A stretch of DNA of 63,837 bases, counting the filler, from Octopus bimaculoides (taxonomy: Eukaryota): NCBI RefSeq assembly GCF_001194135.2. It is 6 parts of 5 records of this genome, joined end to end, with 100 filler letters (N's around TTAATTAATTAA, not from the genome) between each part and the next. Parts side by side here need not be neighbours in the genome. Positions count along the whole stretch, not along the records: positions 36,282 to 41,413 come from NC_068985.1; positions 41,514 to 58,320 come from NC_069004.1; 4 more parts are not named here. One strand, given 5' to 3'. Under the pieces are notes generated by a model. It had not been told where the DNA came from, made no database searches, and saw only the letters and a list, made by a program, of their open reading frames with translations. The translations under genes and the position numbers were made by a program. Numbering within the stretch: position 1 is the stretch's first letter; every line of letters starts with the position of its first letter. Below, piece by piece: positions 37,157 to 51,465 of this stretch.

Positions 37157-40100
37157 NNNNNNNNNNNNNNNNNNNNNNNNNNNNNNNNNNNNNNNNNNNN
37201 NNNNNNNNNNNNNNNNNNNNNNNNNNNNNNNNNNNNNNNNNNNNNNNNNNNNNNNNNNNNNNNNNNNNNNNNNNNNNNNNNNNNNNNNNNNNNNNNNNNN
37301 NNNNNNNNNNNNNNNNNNNNNNNNNNNNNNNNNNNNNNNNNNNNNNNNNNNNNNNNNNNNNNNNNNNNNNNNNNNNNNNNNNNNNNNNNNNNNNNNNNNN
37401 NNNNNNNNNNNNNNNNNNNNNNNNNNNNNNNNNNNNNNNNNNNNNNNNNNNNNNNNNNNNNNNNNNNNNNNNNNNNNNNNNNNNNNNNNNNNNNNNNNNN
37501 NNNNNNNNNNNNNNNNNNNNNNNNNNNNNNNNNNNNNNNNNNNNNNNNNNNNNNNNNNNNNNNNNNNNNNNNNNNNNNNNNNNNNNNNNNNNNNNNNNNN
37601 NNNNNNNNNNNNNNNNNNNNNNNNNNNNNNNNNNNNNNNNNNNNNNNNNNNNNNNNNNNNNNNNNNNNNNNNNNNNNNNNNNNNNNNNNNNNNNNNNNNN
37701 NNNNTATATATATAAAGTGAGAGAGAGAGAGAGATAGAAAGAGATACATGCATATATATATATATATGAATTGCTGATTTCATTTTGTTTTGTAGTTTGT
37801 ATTAGATTTATCGTTTTCTGTTCTGTCCATTATGCATTTCTTAATGTGCGTAATTAGAAAATAAATAGTTACATTCAGTGTCCCTGTGTCTGAAAGGATA
37901 ATTCTTATACAACGATGTTTCAATCAATATTCGTAATTCGAATAAATTTGAGAGTATGCATGTGTGCCTGTGTACCAAATGTACTACTGCTTGATGTCTA
38001 AGCTCATTGAAAAATGTGTAGTTATTGAAAAGTGGTATCCGTCTCATATAAGTAATGTTTCAGCGTTTCTTTGAACATTAAATTGTAACTGTTTGAATAA
38101 TAGTGTATCATATCCAAATGGTAGTTACTTTACATAGAAGCACATTTCAAATATAATTTATTAGTAACCATAAAATGCATTACAAATATCCCCAGTTGGG
38201 TTATTACGAATACATGTATGAATGATAATTGACCTGACAGGTTTATTTTCAGAATTTCAATTACTTTCGTAGCTGTCTGAAGGAAAATGCAGGAAAGTAC
38301 ATATCAATGTTCAAATAATAATCAGCGTAAATTATTATTTTCAAATTTAAACCGATATCGATTCCAATCACATAAATAAAGCCAATAATTTTGTTCTCTG
38401 ATTTTGTTGCGTTCGACGAATATGACGTGCAGTATCTGCGGACGATGTTTAGCATTACTAGTAGTTGTAGGAAAAGAGCTAGCTAACCGCCTATACTTTT
38501 TTCTGCAAATTAGGGTTAGTTTATCCTGTTCAGGCTATATTATTAGCATTATCCTGCGATTGAGAATTTAAAATCACTTCTTTAATTTTCTGAGACATCT
38601 CAACGCTTCTAAAAGCAAACTTCGTTTGTTTCTTTACGTTTATCGTAATTTGAATTTAATATATAAGTTTTCTTATGAAATTATATGCACTTTTTTTTTT
38701 CGAAATAAGGATTGATTTATATTTCAAGGAACATATACTTTTATTAGTTAAATTATGAACCAACATGCTAAAGTGACAGTTTCATAAATGCTGCGCACTG
38801 CAAAAATCTACCCACTTGTAAATGATTAATGTTACATTAATTTTACTGATTTTACAACAAATTATATGCGTGCATGTGCTCAAGAAGGTCCCTGAAAATT
38901 GTTACATTGAATAGATTACTGCAAGGTGGATTTTGGGTCTCAAATATTGGTTACTCAATATTTTCTCTAGTATTTTATTTTAGCATCCTTGTGTATTTTC
39001 GATAATTAATACGTTGTATTTCAATATTATATGTTTATACAAGTTTAGCATTTTAAAAATTAAAGTTACATAATGAAATCCCAAAGCACTATAACAGAAA
39101 AACTAGTTGCAATTAAATAAAATTCCAAGACCTTAATTATACATCTGTAGCGATGCTGAATATTCCTAATTTCTAATAATAAATTTTCAAATAGAATCCA
39201 TGCAGTCTCCGTATTATAGAAGTTTGTTATGTTGAACAAATATTGTTAACAGAACGCCAGCAGGATTCACATGCATTATTACAATTATATGAATTTCATT
39301 TCTGAAGTAAAGAACAATAATAATGAATTTCTTAATTATCTGTGTTCAGTATATATAACCAGTCAGTTTTCTTTCAGAGACGAGAACTGTCAACAATCAA
39401 GGAAAGTAAAACTCAATAGAACAATTTTATGCCGTATGTGAGTGTATGGGTGTGCGTGTTCATGCGCACGCGTGCTTTTGTGTATCTGTGTATGTGGTTT
39501 GATTTGAAACATACGATTGTACAATAATTTGGGAGAAGACATGTCAGAAAAAATTTAATTTAGTAAGAAGACCCACTAACGTATTTTGAAATGTATTGAA
39601 ATGAACTTATTAAAAATTCTTTCCATTTAATTTTTTAATATAGTGTAGAAATGTGTCTGTTATCTTCTATGGAATAACGTATATTCGAACAAAAGTTATG
39701 TAGGTAATTGTGCTTTTGTATTCGTTTGCAGGTAAATTTATTTCTGGTGGAAACACTATCTTTTGTACGATCGAATTTTAAGCCGAAGATAATGTTCAAC
39801 AATTTTGCGAAAGTTAAATAGCTTATCATCAAAATCATTATATGCTAAACTCATTTGGCAGAACAGGTAATGACTAGCACTTATGTTCGCAACAGTAGAA
39901 CAGGTAGCTTGAATATTCTCTTTAAATTTTATGAAATGAATTCGTCATTAGAGAAATGTGCGTGATATCGTAATTAAAGATTTTAATCTCGGTGACAGAT
40001 TGAGAAGTCATAGAGTTGATAGTTGATTATTATGTCTTTTTTTGGTTTTTTTTTTCTATTCATTTTTTTTCAGAACCAGGGAGCAAATAATTATATCCGA

Positions 40101-41140
40101 TTGGGGTCACGAATTCTAATTTAATAGATGAATTATGCTCACGAACGGAATACCAAATAAGCTGTCCATGGAACCATCAATCACACGGTACGGCAAAATC
40201 TATTTAGCAATATGGACATTATTTTAGGTTTAAATTGAATTCACAATATAGTTTGATTGACGTAGTCAGACAAACTAAATCTATCGATATATACTGTGGT
40301 TTATTCTGACTGGAATTTTCAGAACTACTCAAATGGAGATTCCTAGTTTGTGATATTCTCCACACGCAAAGTGAATAATTGAAACACTATTGCACAATAT
40401 GTATGGACAGTTGTTTCACAGAAATTATAATTGACCACCATTTCGTTTCAAGGACCAATATATCTTCATAAATTCACATCTTTTTTAATACTTGAAGAAC
40501 AATTTATCAAGTGTCTCCATGGTATTTTGCTCCACATTGCGTGCAATGAAGTAGACACGGACATATACCAATATATTTTGAAATTGTTAATGCAGTATTA
40601 AAGAAGACATTCATAAGAAGACAATCATATGAAACAGTCATGTAGAAAAAAATGTACAGTTAAGACATTAGTTAAAGGTAACGAGCTCTAAACTTAACTT
40701 CTAGCACTCAATGCTGAATAGTAATAATCGATAGACAGTAGAATCTTTTGAAGTTCTCTCTAAAGTATCGAGTTCTAGACGTCATACACCATGGCCTATC
40801 ACAATAGGTACTATATTGAAGAAGGCTTATATTTTTTATATATTTTACTTGTTCCAGTCAGTACTCTATGGCAATGCTGGAGCACAGCCTTTCAGAGATA
40901 TTAGTAGAATGAATTTCACCCAGTAATTATAATTTTTTAATCATCTGATATTTATTCTATCACTTAAAATGAACCACTAGTTAACGTGGACATAAACACA
41001 CTAAACTCAATTGTGAAGCGGTGGTTGGGAAAAACAAACTCAGAATCATACACATGCTAACATACATATTTAGCAAAAGTAATAAAGGAGCGCCAGGTGT
41101 GAGAGTTTCGTACTTTGGAATTTCTTAAATATATATATTT

Positions 41141-41185
<45 letters not shown>

Positions 41186-41513
41186 CGTACGATGAGCTTT
41201 CCTCTTCCGTCTTTTGTCGTTTCGTGGGTTTTAGCAGAAAGTCCAGTCCAAGGCGCCCTGTGGTGGGACTGGATACCGAAGAACGTGGTTGGGAAGCAAA
41301 ATTTCTTGCACCCACATGCGTGCGCTGATTTCTGAATATTTTAATAGGAAAATTAATTCAAACTTCTCCTTCATTGAGAGCATGCATGGGTGTGTGGTTA
41401 AAAAGCTATCTTTNNNNNNNNNNNNNNNNNNNNNNNNNNNNNNNNNNNNNNNNNNNNTTAATTAATTAANNNNNNNNNNNNNNNNNNNNNNNNNNNNNNN
41501 NNNNNNNNNNNNN

Positions 41514-41556
<43 letters not shown>

Positions 41557-41679
41557 GTATGTATTTATTTATTTATTTATGTGTTTCAGCCAAGTGGCTG
41601 CGGTCATGCTGGTGCACCACCGTGATACAAATTGTATGTATATATACTTACACAGACACACATATATATATACATATAT

Positions 41680-41926
41680 ATACATTTCTGTTGCTTTCTT
41701 TCTTTTCTTTTACTTGTTTCTGTCATTAGACTGCAGCCATGCTGGAGCACCGCCTTTATAGTTGAGCAAATCGACCCCGGGATTTATTCTTTGTAAGCCT
41801 AGTACTTATTCTATCGGTCTGTTTTGCCGAACCGCTAAGTTACGGGGACGCAAACATACCAGCATCGGTTGTCAAGCGATGTTGGGGCACAAACAGGCAC
41901 AGAAACATATACACACACATACATAC

Positions 41927-41957
<31 letters not shown>

Positions 41958-42740
41958 NNNNNNNNNNNNNNNNNNNNNNNNNNNNNNNNNNNNNNNNNNN
42001 NNNNNNNNNNNNNNNNNNNNNNNNNNNNNNNNNNNNNNNNNNNNNNNNNNNNNNNNNNNNNNNNNNNNNNNNNNNNNNNNNNNNNNNNNNNNNNNNNNNN
42101 NNNNNNNNNNNNNNNNNNNNNNNNNNNNNNNNNNNNNNNNNNNNNNNNNNNNNNNNNNNNNNNNNNNNNNNNNNNNNNNNNNNNNNNNNNNNNNNNNNNN
42201 NNNNNNNNNNNNNNNNNNNNNNNNNNNNNNNNNNNNNNNNNNNNNNNNNNNNNNNNNNNNNNNNNNNNNNNNNNNNNNNNNNNNNNNNNNNNNNNNNNNN
42301 NNNNNNNNNNNNNNNNNNNNNNNNNNNNNNNNNNNNNNNNNNNNNNNNNNNNNNNNNNNNNNNNNNNNNNNNNNNNNNNNNNNNNNNNNNNNNNNNNNNN
42401 NNNNNNNNNNNNNNNNNNNNNNNNNNNNNNNNNNNNNNNNNNNNNNNNNNNNNNNNNNNNNNNNNNNNNNNNNNNNNNNNNNNNNNNNNNNNNNNNNNNN
42501 NNNNNNNNNNNNNNNNNNNNNNNNNNNNNNNNNNNNNNNNNNNNNNNNNNNNNNTATATATATGTATGTATATATATATACATATATACGACGGGCTTCT
42601 TTTAGTTTCCGTCTACCAAATCCACTCACAAGGCTTTTGGTCGGCCTGAAGCTATAGTAGAAGACACTTGCCCAAGGTGCCATGCAGGAACCATGTGGTT
42701 GGTAAGCAAGCTACTTACCACACGGCCACTCCTACTCCTA
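41680..42740 (-). mobile_element. SINE family C (internal microsatellite collapsed into a gap)
   Basis: 3' half at 41680-41915 and head half at 42585-42740, flanking (TA)n and an N gap. Confidence 0.8.
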
Positions 42741-43435
42741 GGAGTGTTGTTTAAGGATGATAAATGAAACACCTATGTTTTCAGGGCTGAAGTATTCAAA
42801 TCTCTACACATGGCTGTGATGTTCCCCTACTATTTCTCGTGATCAGAGATGCACATATCGTCAGCCACCAAGTGACATACTCAACTGGTTACGGGCAAAA
42901 TATCTGATAAGCATATCTGTGATATTGGGCAGAATATTTGCTGTAGGCCATCTTTTTATACCAAGACAAAAGATGTACAGGATAACACTTCCAATCAGTT
43001 AAGGTCAGAAGCTATGAGTGCTACTGCCGTTCTTTACGTTTTGGGTTCAAATTCTGCCGAGGTTGACTTTGCCTTTTATCCTTTGGGGGGTCGATAAAAT
43101 AATTACCAGTTGAACATTGGGGGTCGATGTAATCGACTCATTGCCACCACCCCAAGCTGCCCTTGTGGCAAAAAATTGAAATAATTATTACAATAATTGT
43201 TCTTGTTTTTGTTGTTGTAAGCAACTTCAGTAGTTATAGCCAAAATCCACACAAAAATGTATTATCCTCCATTTACGTTCCGTGCTCAAATCTTGACTGA
43301 CAGAGAGAAAAGGAAGAGTGAGAGAAAGAGAGAGAGAGAGAGCAAAGAGAGAGAGAGAGCGAAGAGAGAGAGAGCGAAGAGAGAGAGAGAGTGAAGTGAG
43401 AGAGGCAAACGGACGGTCAGACAGACATATAGACA

Positions 43436-43479
<44 letters not shown>

Positions 43480-43587
43480 GAAGAGGGAGAGACAGGTAGA
43501 CAGTGACACAGAGAGACAAACAGATAATGAAAGGAAAAGAAACAGAGGAGAGAGAGAGAACTGAGAGAATGAGAAAGACACGCAAAG

Positions 43588-43650
<63 letters not shown>

Positions 43651-43719
43651 TAGAGACAAACTGACACACTGACAGACTGACAAACAGAAAGACAAAGAGG
43701 GGAGGAGACCGAGATAGAT

Positions 43720-43774
<55 letters not shown>

Positions 43775-43799
43775 TGGACAGACAGACAGATGGATAGAC

Positions 43800-43833
<34 letters not shown>

Positions 43834-43957
43834 TGAGAGAGAGAGAGAGAGGGGGAGAGTGAGAGAGAGAAATTCTGACAGACAGCCAGACAGGCTGATA
43901 GACTGCCAGACCGACTGACAGACTGGCATACAGAAAGGCAGAGAGAGAAGGAGACCG

Positions 43958-44022
<65 letters not shown>

Positions 44023-44913
44023 NNNNNNNNNNNNNNNNNNNNNNNNNNNNNNNNNNNNNNNNNNNNNNNNNNNNNNNNNNNNNNNNNNNNNNNNNNNNNN
44101 NNNNNNNNNNNNNNNNNNNNNNNNNNNNNNNNNNNNNNNNNNNNNNNNNNNNNNNNNNNNNNNNNNNNNNNNNNNNNNNNNNNNNNNNNNNNNNNNNNNN
44201 NNNNNNNNNNNNNNNNNNNNNNNNNNNNNNNNNNNNNNNNNNNNNNNNNNNNNNNNNNNNNNNNNNNNNNNNNNNNNNNNNNNNNNNNNNNNNNNNNGGT
44301 GGTAACGGTGGTGGTGGTGGTGGTGGTGGTGGTGGTTGAAAACAAACAACCTGGAGAGAAATATAAACAAATGCTTGTTAAAATGTTAGGGTTTTTTTTT
44401 TGTTTTTTTTCAGAAAATGTGAATAAAAATTCAGTAATGATCCCATCGTCACCAACATCACCACCATCGCCGCCGCCATCATGATCATCATCATCATCAT
44501 CATCATCGTCGTCATCGTCGTAGATTCATCATCATCCTCATCATCTCGCTCGTCATCAACCCAACCACCATCATCATCATCATTATCATCATCATCATCA
44601 TCATCATCATTGTCATCATCATTATCATCATTATCATGATCATCATGATCATCATCATCAACATCATCATCATCTCCGTCGTCATCAACCCAACCACCGC
44701 CACCATCATCATCATCATCATCATCACCATCATCATTATTATCATCATCACTACCGTCACCATCATCATCACCATCATTGTTTTCTTCACCATTATCACC
44801 ACAGCTATCACCATCACCACTGTTATCATTAATAACAATAACAAGAATACCAACAACATTGACGAAGAAAACGATCGCTAGATTCCCTTGAAACCAACAG
44901 AAGCGACAGATAT

Positions 44914-44948
<35 letters not shown>

Positions 44949-45479
44949 CGCTAACCATTTTGCCTGGCGTGCTAACGATTCTGCCAGCTCGCCGCCCCAA
45001 GATATATCCCGAATAATGACAATAGTTGTAACAGCTATTGCTTTTGGTAGGGTCTCTGTTACTCTCCCGTTCGAGTCCTTGAAGTAGACGTCTTAAAATG
45101 GTCCTTCCCTCCATGCGCGAAGTAGGGGGAGGGACCTTCTTCCTTGCATCACTAGTCACGTGAAGAATTTTAGTCGAATGAATCGACCCCAGTAGTATTT
45201 TTATAGTTTTATATTTTTAAAACCTGGTATTTATTCTTTCAAGTCCCTTTTACCTCTAAGTTACGGGGATGCAAACACACCAAGACTGATGTCTACAAAT
45301 TCGCTCACAAGGCTTTAGTCAATCAGAATCTATAGTAGGGACACTTGCCCAAGGTGTCATGCACTGGAGCTGAACTCAGAACAATGTGGTTGAGAAGCAA
45401 GCTTCTTACCACACAGCCACTCCTGGACACAGCTTCGAAATGGCTCTGTGGCTTTCTTGGGTCACTAGAATTTTTATGT

Positions 45480-45900
45480 TCATGCGGAGCCCAGACAACC
45501 CCGTACCGCCCTTGATTACCTCAGCGCATACCATTTCCTGCCACAAATGGGACAACAATGCAAGGGTCTCAATGTTGACACCGATATCCTGTTTTAGGAC
45601 ACACCAGGTATCTAACCTTCAGATAGATATTTAACGCAGCAGCTCAACTTGCTTTTCACCTCGTTTTCAGTTTTGAATATTATGACATAGGTCTGTAAAT
45701 TTTGCCCAGCCGATAAAGGACATATCTTCCACACATCGACCAGGTCTACTCACAATTATTCTTCCACAGGTATAAGAAAGGTAGCTGTTAGTTTCGAGAT
45801 ACAGAGATATGATATTTCTTCTCTTGCACTGTTTCATAAGGAGTTGAGGTACTTACATCTGTCCCACAGATCTACCAGACCGACGTTTTCTCCGCCGGTA
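45480..45900 (-). mobile_element. Decayed L1/Tx1-type ORF1 relic
   Basis: RISVSTLRPLHCCPICGRKW resembles the V.VEGRPP.C..CG.KGH knuckle. Confidence 0.35.
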
Positions 45901-47432
45901 ATTCTTGTCTAAAACCTGTTTCCTCGAAGTTTAATTAGCAAAAGAAAGGATGGCGTTGTTTCCTTTATTACTCCATTTAATTATTTCAATTTAATTCTTT
46001 CTGTTATTCTTATCTTTTGGCAAAACGTTTATATGTGGCGAGTATTTTTGTTATTCTTGTTGTCAACGTTAATTGTGTCGTTTAAATTGCCCAAAATAAT
46101 GTTATTACTGTCTCTCGGAAAAATCGTTATCCTATTCTTGTAAATTACTTGCAAATTCAGTTTCTTTCTTCTTTACTGACACTAAAAATATCTCTGTTTA
46201 TGTTTATATTGGAAGTGGGGCTTCTGCATTGNNNNNNNNNNNNNNNNNNNNNNNNNNNNNNNNNNNNNNNNNNNNNNNNNNNNNNNNNNNNNNNNNNNNN
46301 NNNNNNNNNNNNNNNNNNNNNNNNNNNNNNNNNNNNNNNNNNNNNNNNNNNNNNNNNNNNNNNNNNNNNNNNNNNNNNNNNNNNNNNNNNNNNNNNNNNN
46401 NNNNNNNNNNNNNNNNNNNNNNNNNNNNNNNNNNNNNNNNNNNNNNNNNNNNNNNNNNNNNNNNNNNNNNNNNNNNNNNNNNNNNNNNNNNNNNNNNNNN
46501 NNNNNNNNNNNNNNNNNNNNNNNNNNNNNNNNNNNNNNNNNNNNNNNNNNNNNNNNNNNNNNNNNNNNNNNNNNNNNNNNNNNNNNNNNNNNNNNNNNNN
46601 NNNNNNNNNNNNNNNNNNNNNNNNNNNNNNNNNNNNNNNNNNNNNNNNNNNNNNNNNNNNNNNNNNNNNNNNNNNNNNNNNNNNNNNNNNNNNNNNNNNN
46701 NNNNNNNNNNNNNNNNNNNNNNNNNNNNNNNNNNNNNNNNNNNNNNNNNNNNNNNNNNNNNNNNNNNNNNNNNNNNNNNNNNNNNNNNNNNNNNNNNNNN
46801 TATATATATACGCATATACATGTATGTGTGTAGTTAAATTATATTCGTATAGAAACTTTGTATGATGCTGTGTCAAGCTCGTCCACAACTATTGGCTACC
46901 TGACGTCATCAACAGTAGAGATGTTTATGCTACTGGATTTGCTTCAGAAAATTCTTGGTATCCGTAGATCAGAGACAAAATTAGGGTTAGGGCTAGAGTT
47001 CACGACTGTCTTTATTCAAATCCATTACAATTGTTTCGATTCATTCTGCATCTGTATCTCATAGGTTACATACTGTACAATTAGTGGTGTTTCTGTGCAG
47101 ATTGCGTCTCCTGAGGTGACTTTTTATACAAGTACCTCGCTCTTTCACCTCACCATTTCACTCAGCCCCATACCAATGTATATCTAAGTAGCTGCTGCAT
47201 TGTAAAAGTTATCATAAGTTTGTCATCCATGTGTATGTGTGTGTGTTTGCATGGATTGGGGGATAGACAGATAGAATGGTAGGTAAATATGCTTATATAT
47301 TTATTTTTATGTATGTGTGCACGTATGCATGTACTCATCCATCCGCTCTTCTCTTTCACTAACTCCTCCTCTCTATATATTTTCCCTTTTTCTGTCCTTC
47401 TGTATCTCTCTCCCTTCCTTTCTTTCTCTGTC

Positions 47433-47469
<37 letters not shown>

Positions 47470-47590
47470 TTCGTTTGCTCACTCTCTTTCTATCACTTTT
47501 CTGTTTTCCTTATGCATCTTTGTACATATCTTTAATTAATTTCACACACACACGCACGCACACATAAACACACACACACACACACACACG

Positions 47591-47646
<56 letters not shown>

Positions 47647-49043
47647 NNNNNNNNNNNNNNNNNNNNNNNNNNNNNNNNNNNNNNNNNNNNNNNNNNNNNN
47701 NNNNNNNNNNNNNNNNNNNNNNNNNNNNNNNNNNNNNNNNNNNNNNNNNNNNNNNNNNNNNNNNNNNNNNNNNNNNNNNNNNNNNNNNNNNNNNNNNNNN
47801 NNNNNNNNNNNNNNNNNNNNNNNNNNNNNNNNNNNNNNNNNNNNNNNNNNNNNNNNNNNNNNNNNNNNNNNNNNNNNNNNNNNNNNNNNNNNNNNNNNNN
47901 NNNNNNNNNNNNNNNNNNNNNNNNNNNNNNNNNNNNNNNNNNNNNNNNNNNNNNNNNNNNNNNNNNNNNNNNNNNNNNNNNNNNNNNNNNNNNNNNNNNN
48001 NNNNNNNNNNNNNNNNNNNNNNNNNNNNNNNNNNNNNNNNNNNNNNNNNNNNNNNNNNNNNNNNNNNNNNNNNNNNNNNNNNNNNNNNNNNNNNNNNNNN
48101 NNNNNNNNNNNNNNNNNNNNNNNNNNNNNNNNNNNNNNNNNNNNNNNNNNNNNNNNNNNNNNNNNNNNNNNNNNNNNNNNNNNNNNNNNNNNNNNNNNNN
48201 NNNNNNNNNNNNNNNNNNNNNNNNNNNNNNNNNNNNNNNNNNNNNNNNNNNNNNNNNNNNNNNNNNNNNNNNNNNNNNNNNNNNNNNNNNNNNNNNNNNN
48301 NNNNNNNNNNNNNNNNNNNNCAAACACAAACACACACGTACATACATACGCACACGCACACACACACAGAAACACACAAATACACACACACATCTACACA
48401 CACAAACACATAAACACGTACACTCGCACACGCGCACACAAACACACGCACATACACACACAAACACTACCGCACGCACGCACCTGCGCATCGTTCGCCC
48501 TCTAACGGTAATTAAAGTCAGTGAAGAAGTATAATAAGGCGTTTTAATGAAGTAAATTTATGGGGAGTTTTTGGTTAGAAATTGCTTCGAACTAAAACAG
48601 TAAAACTAGCAGAGTTAATGATTTTGGCGCGGAATCACGGATTGGGAGAGAACAACAGCGACTATAAAGATGGCGGAGACATCTGCGGCGGTGGCGCCAG
48701 CGGTGACGACGGCATCACAATAATAAACAACAATAACTAACCACAAAAATAAATAAATAAATAAATAAGGCGCGATACAGCACTCGACAAGATCAAAAAT
48801 AATATATAACAACAACAAAGACAATAACAATACAATAATGATAAACAACACAAAACACAGCAACACAATATTGATGAGATACGGCACAAAATAACTCCAC
48901 AAACAACGAGAAACGGCCACAGCAACAATCTCTCACCCTGGCGGAAACCGGGTGAATCTGGAAACGTTTTCAGACGTTAACTTGAGATGCCTATACGAGT
49001 GTGCGTGTGCGTGTGTGTGTGTGTGTGTGCGTGTGTGCTTGTG

Positions 49044-49078
<35 letters not shown>

Positions 49079-49854
49079 ATATACATATATATANNNNNNN
49101 NNNNNNNNNNNNNNNNNNNNNNNNNNNNNNNNNNNNNNNNNNNNNNNNNNNNNNNNNNNNNNNNNNNNNNNNNNNNNNNNNNNNNNNNNNNNNNNNNNNN
49201 NNNNNNNNNNNNNNNNNNNNNNNNNNNNNNNNNNNNNNNNNNNNNNNNNNNNNNNNNNNNNNNNNNNNNNNNNNNNNNNNNNNNNNNNNNNNNNNNNNNN
49301 NNNNNNNNNNNNNNNNNNNNNNNNNNNNNNNNNNNNNNNNNNNNNNNNNNNNNNNNNNNNNNNNNNNNNNNNNNNNNNNNNNNNNNNNNNNNNNNNNNNN
49401 NNNNNNNNNNNNNNNNNNNNNNNNNNNNNNNNNNNNNNNNNNNNNNNNNNNNNNNNNNNNNNNNNNNNNNNNNNNNNNNNNNNNNNNNNNNNNNNNNNNN
49501 NNNNNNNNNNNNNNNNNNNNNNNNNNNNNNNNNNNNNNNNNNNNNNNNNNNNNNNNNNNNNNNNNNNNNNNNNNNNNNNNNNNNNNNNNNNNNNNNNNNN
49601 NNNNNNNNNNNNNNNNNNNNNNNNNNNNNNNNNNNNNNNNNNNNNNNNNNNNNNNNNNNNNNNNNNNNNNNNNNNNNNNNNNNNNNNNNNNNNNNNNNNN
49701 NNNNNNNNNNNNNNNNNNNNNNNNNNNNNNNNNNNNNNNNNNNNNNNNNNNNNNNNNNNNNNNNNNNNNNNNNNNNNNNNNNNNNNNCCACCGCATCCAT
49801 CATTCTCCACACATTATGATTAGTTTTTTTTGTTTATTTTTTTTTTCTTGATAC

Positions 49855-50265
49855 TTATCGCTAGAATCGTCTGCTGTTACGTTCTGAGTTCAAATTCCGC
49901 CGATGTCGACTTTGCCTTTCATCCTTTCTGGATCGATAAATTAAGTACTAGTTACGCACTTGGGTCGATGTAATCGACTTAATCCTTTTGTCTGTCCTTG
50001 TTTGTCCCCTCTATGTTTAGCCCTTGTGGGCAATAAAGAAATAAAAATCGCTAGCACTCCGGGCGAAATACTTAGCGGTATTTCGTCTGCCGCTACTACG
50101 TTCTGAGTTCAAGTTCCACCGAGGTCGACTTTGCCTTTCATCCTTTCAGGGTCGATGAAATAAGTACCAGTCACGCACTGGCGTCGATGTAATCAACTTA
50201 ATCCCTTTGTTTGTCCTTGTTTGTCCTCTCTATGTTTAACCCCCTGTGGGCAATAAAGAAATACA
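49855..50265 (+). mobile_element. SINE family B dimer
   Basis: Two cores, with the junction AAAGAAATAAAAA-TCGCTAGCACTCCGGGCG at about 50035-50065. Confidence 0.85.
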
Positions 50266-50485
50266 TATTTATTTCTAGCTTCTTCCATCACATTCAGCTT
50301 GTTTGTGTCTGGATTAACTTCAACTGGTCTTATTTTACATTACTCTGAAAATTGTTGCCAACATTTACCTGTTCTCTTTTCCACGTCTCTTACCATACTT
50401 GTACCTGCGCAAATATAACTGACATGTCTCTTGTAATTAACTTTACTAAGATGCGACTTTATGCCCAATGGTCTGCACGTTTTCC

Positions 50486-50598
50486 ACGTGTCTGTAGAGT
50501 GCTCAGCCACTTGTACGTTAATTTCACGAGCAGGCTGTTCCGTTGATCGGATCAACTGGAACCCTCGACGTCGTATGCGACGGAGTGCCAACAACAAC
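50486..50598 (+). mobile_element. SINE family A, 3' fragment
   Basis: CACGTGTCTGTAGAGTGCTCAGCC...CGGAGTGCCAACAAC. Confidence 0.8.
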
Positions 50599-51176
50599 TG
50601 CACGTTTGTAGTTAAAATTTTCACGATCTAAGTTCGACAAAAATGAGACAAAAATATAAACAGCAATTTGTGTAAAACACTAGCATACAAACACAGTAGT
50701 GCTCTTCCGCAGAAGCTTAAAGTGGCGACCTTGTGACCTGCGGATGCAAGAATGAAAATGAGAGAATGAGAGGAATGGAGGAACGATGAGGATCGTTGGT
50801 AGCTATGTGATGCCTGATCAATAATGCCTTTCACGGATGAGTTATTTTGGATGATTTAGTGTGGATATAACTAATTGATATGTCCTTAATTATTTTACAA
50901 ATAATCCATTGATGAACAACTTTTCCCTTATCTTTTTTTCTCATAAACAATATTTATTTAAAACCTTACTCATATACGCTCAGACACACAAGGGACAACA
51001 AAAAACTTCATGAAAATATCCTTATCAAATTAATAACACACGTTCCCTACTTACAGCTGCAAGAAACATCACATCATAAAAGATAACATAAACAGCCAGT
51101 TAAGAGATTACAAAGCGCTATGCAATCAATGAACACGAAAAGCTCGCCAATGAGCAACCGCAAGCTCTAGATCACA

Positions 51177-51251
<75 letters not shown>

Positions 51252-51434
51252 TCACACACACATCAAAGTATATAATAAATACGCCACCAATACCAAGTTA
51301 CAACAGTTCTCGGTTGAAGATCGCAATTGCGTGAAACTGGAGTCGCGAAACAAATTGATAGTTTCGATATGTATATATGTATACATGTTTGTGGGTGTAT
51401 AGATATATAGATATATAAACATATATATATAAAC

Positions 51435-51465
<31 letters not shown>

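Noticed and set aside
47020-47066. Hammerhead-like motif on minus (CCUAUGA-GAU..AUC-GAAA-CAAUUG-UA)
   Set aside because: Stem III is palindromic, but U4 and G5 are wrong and stem I does not pair.
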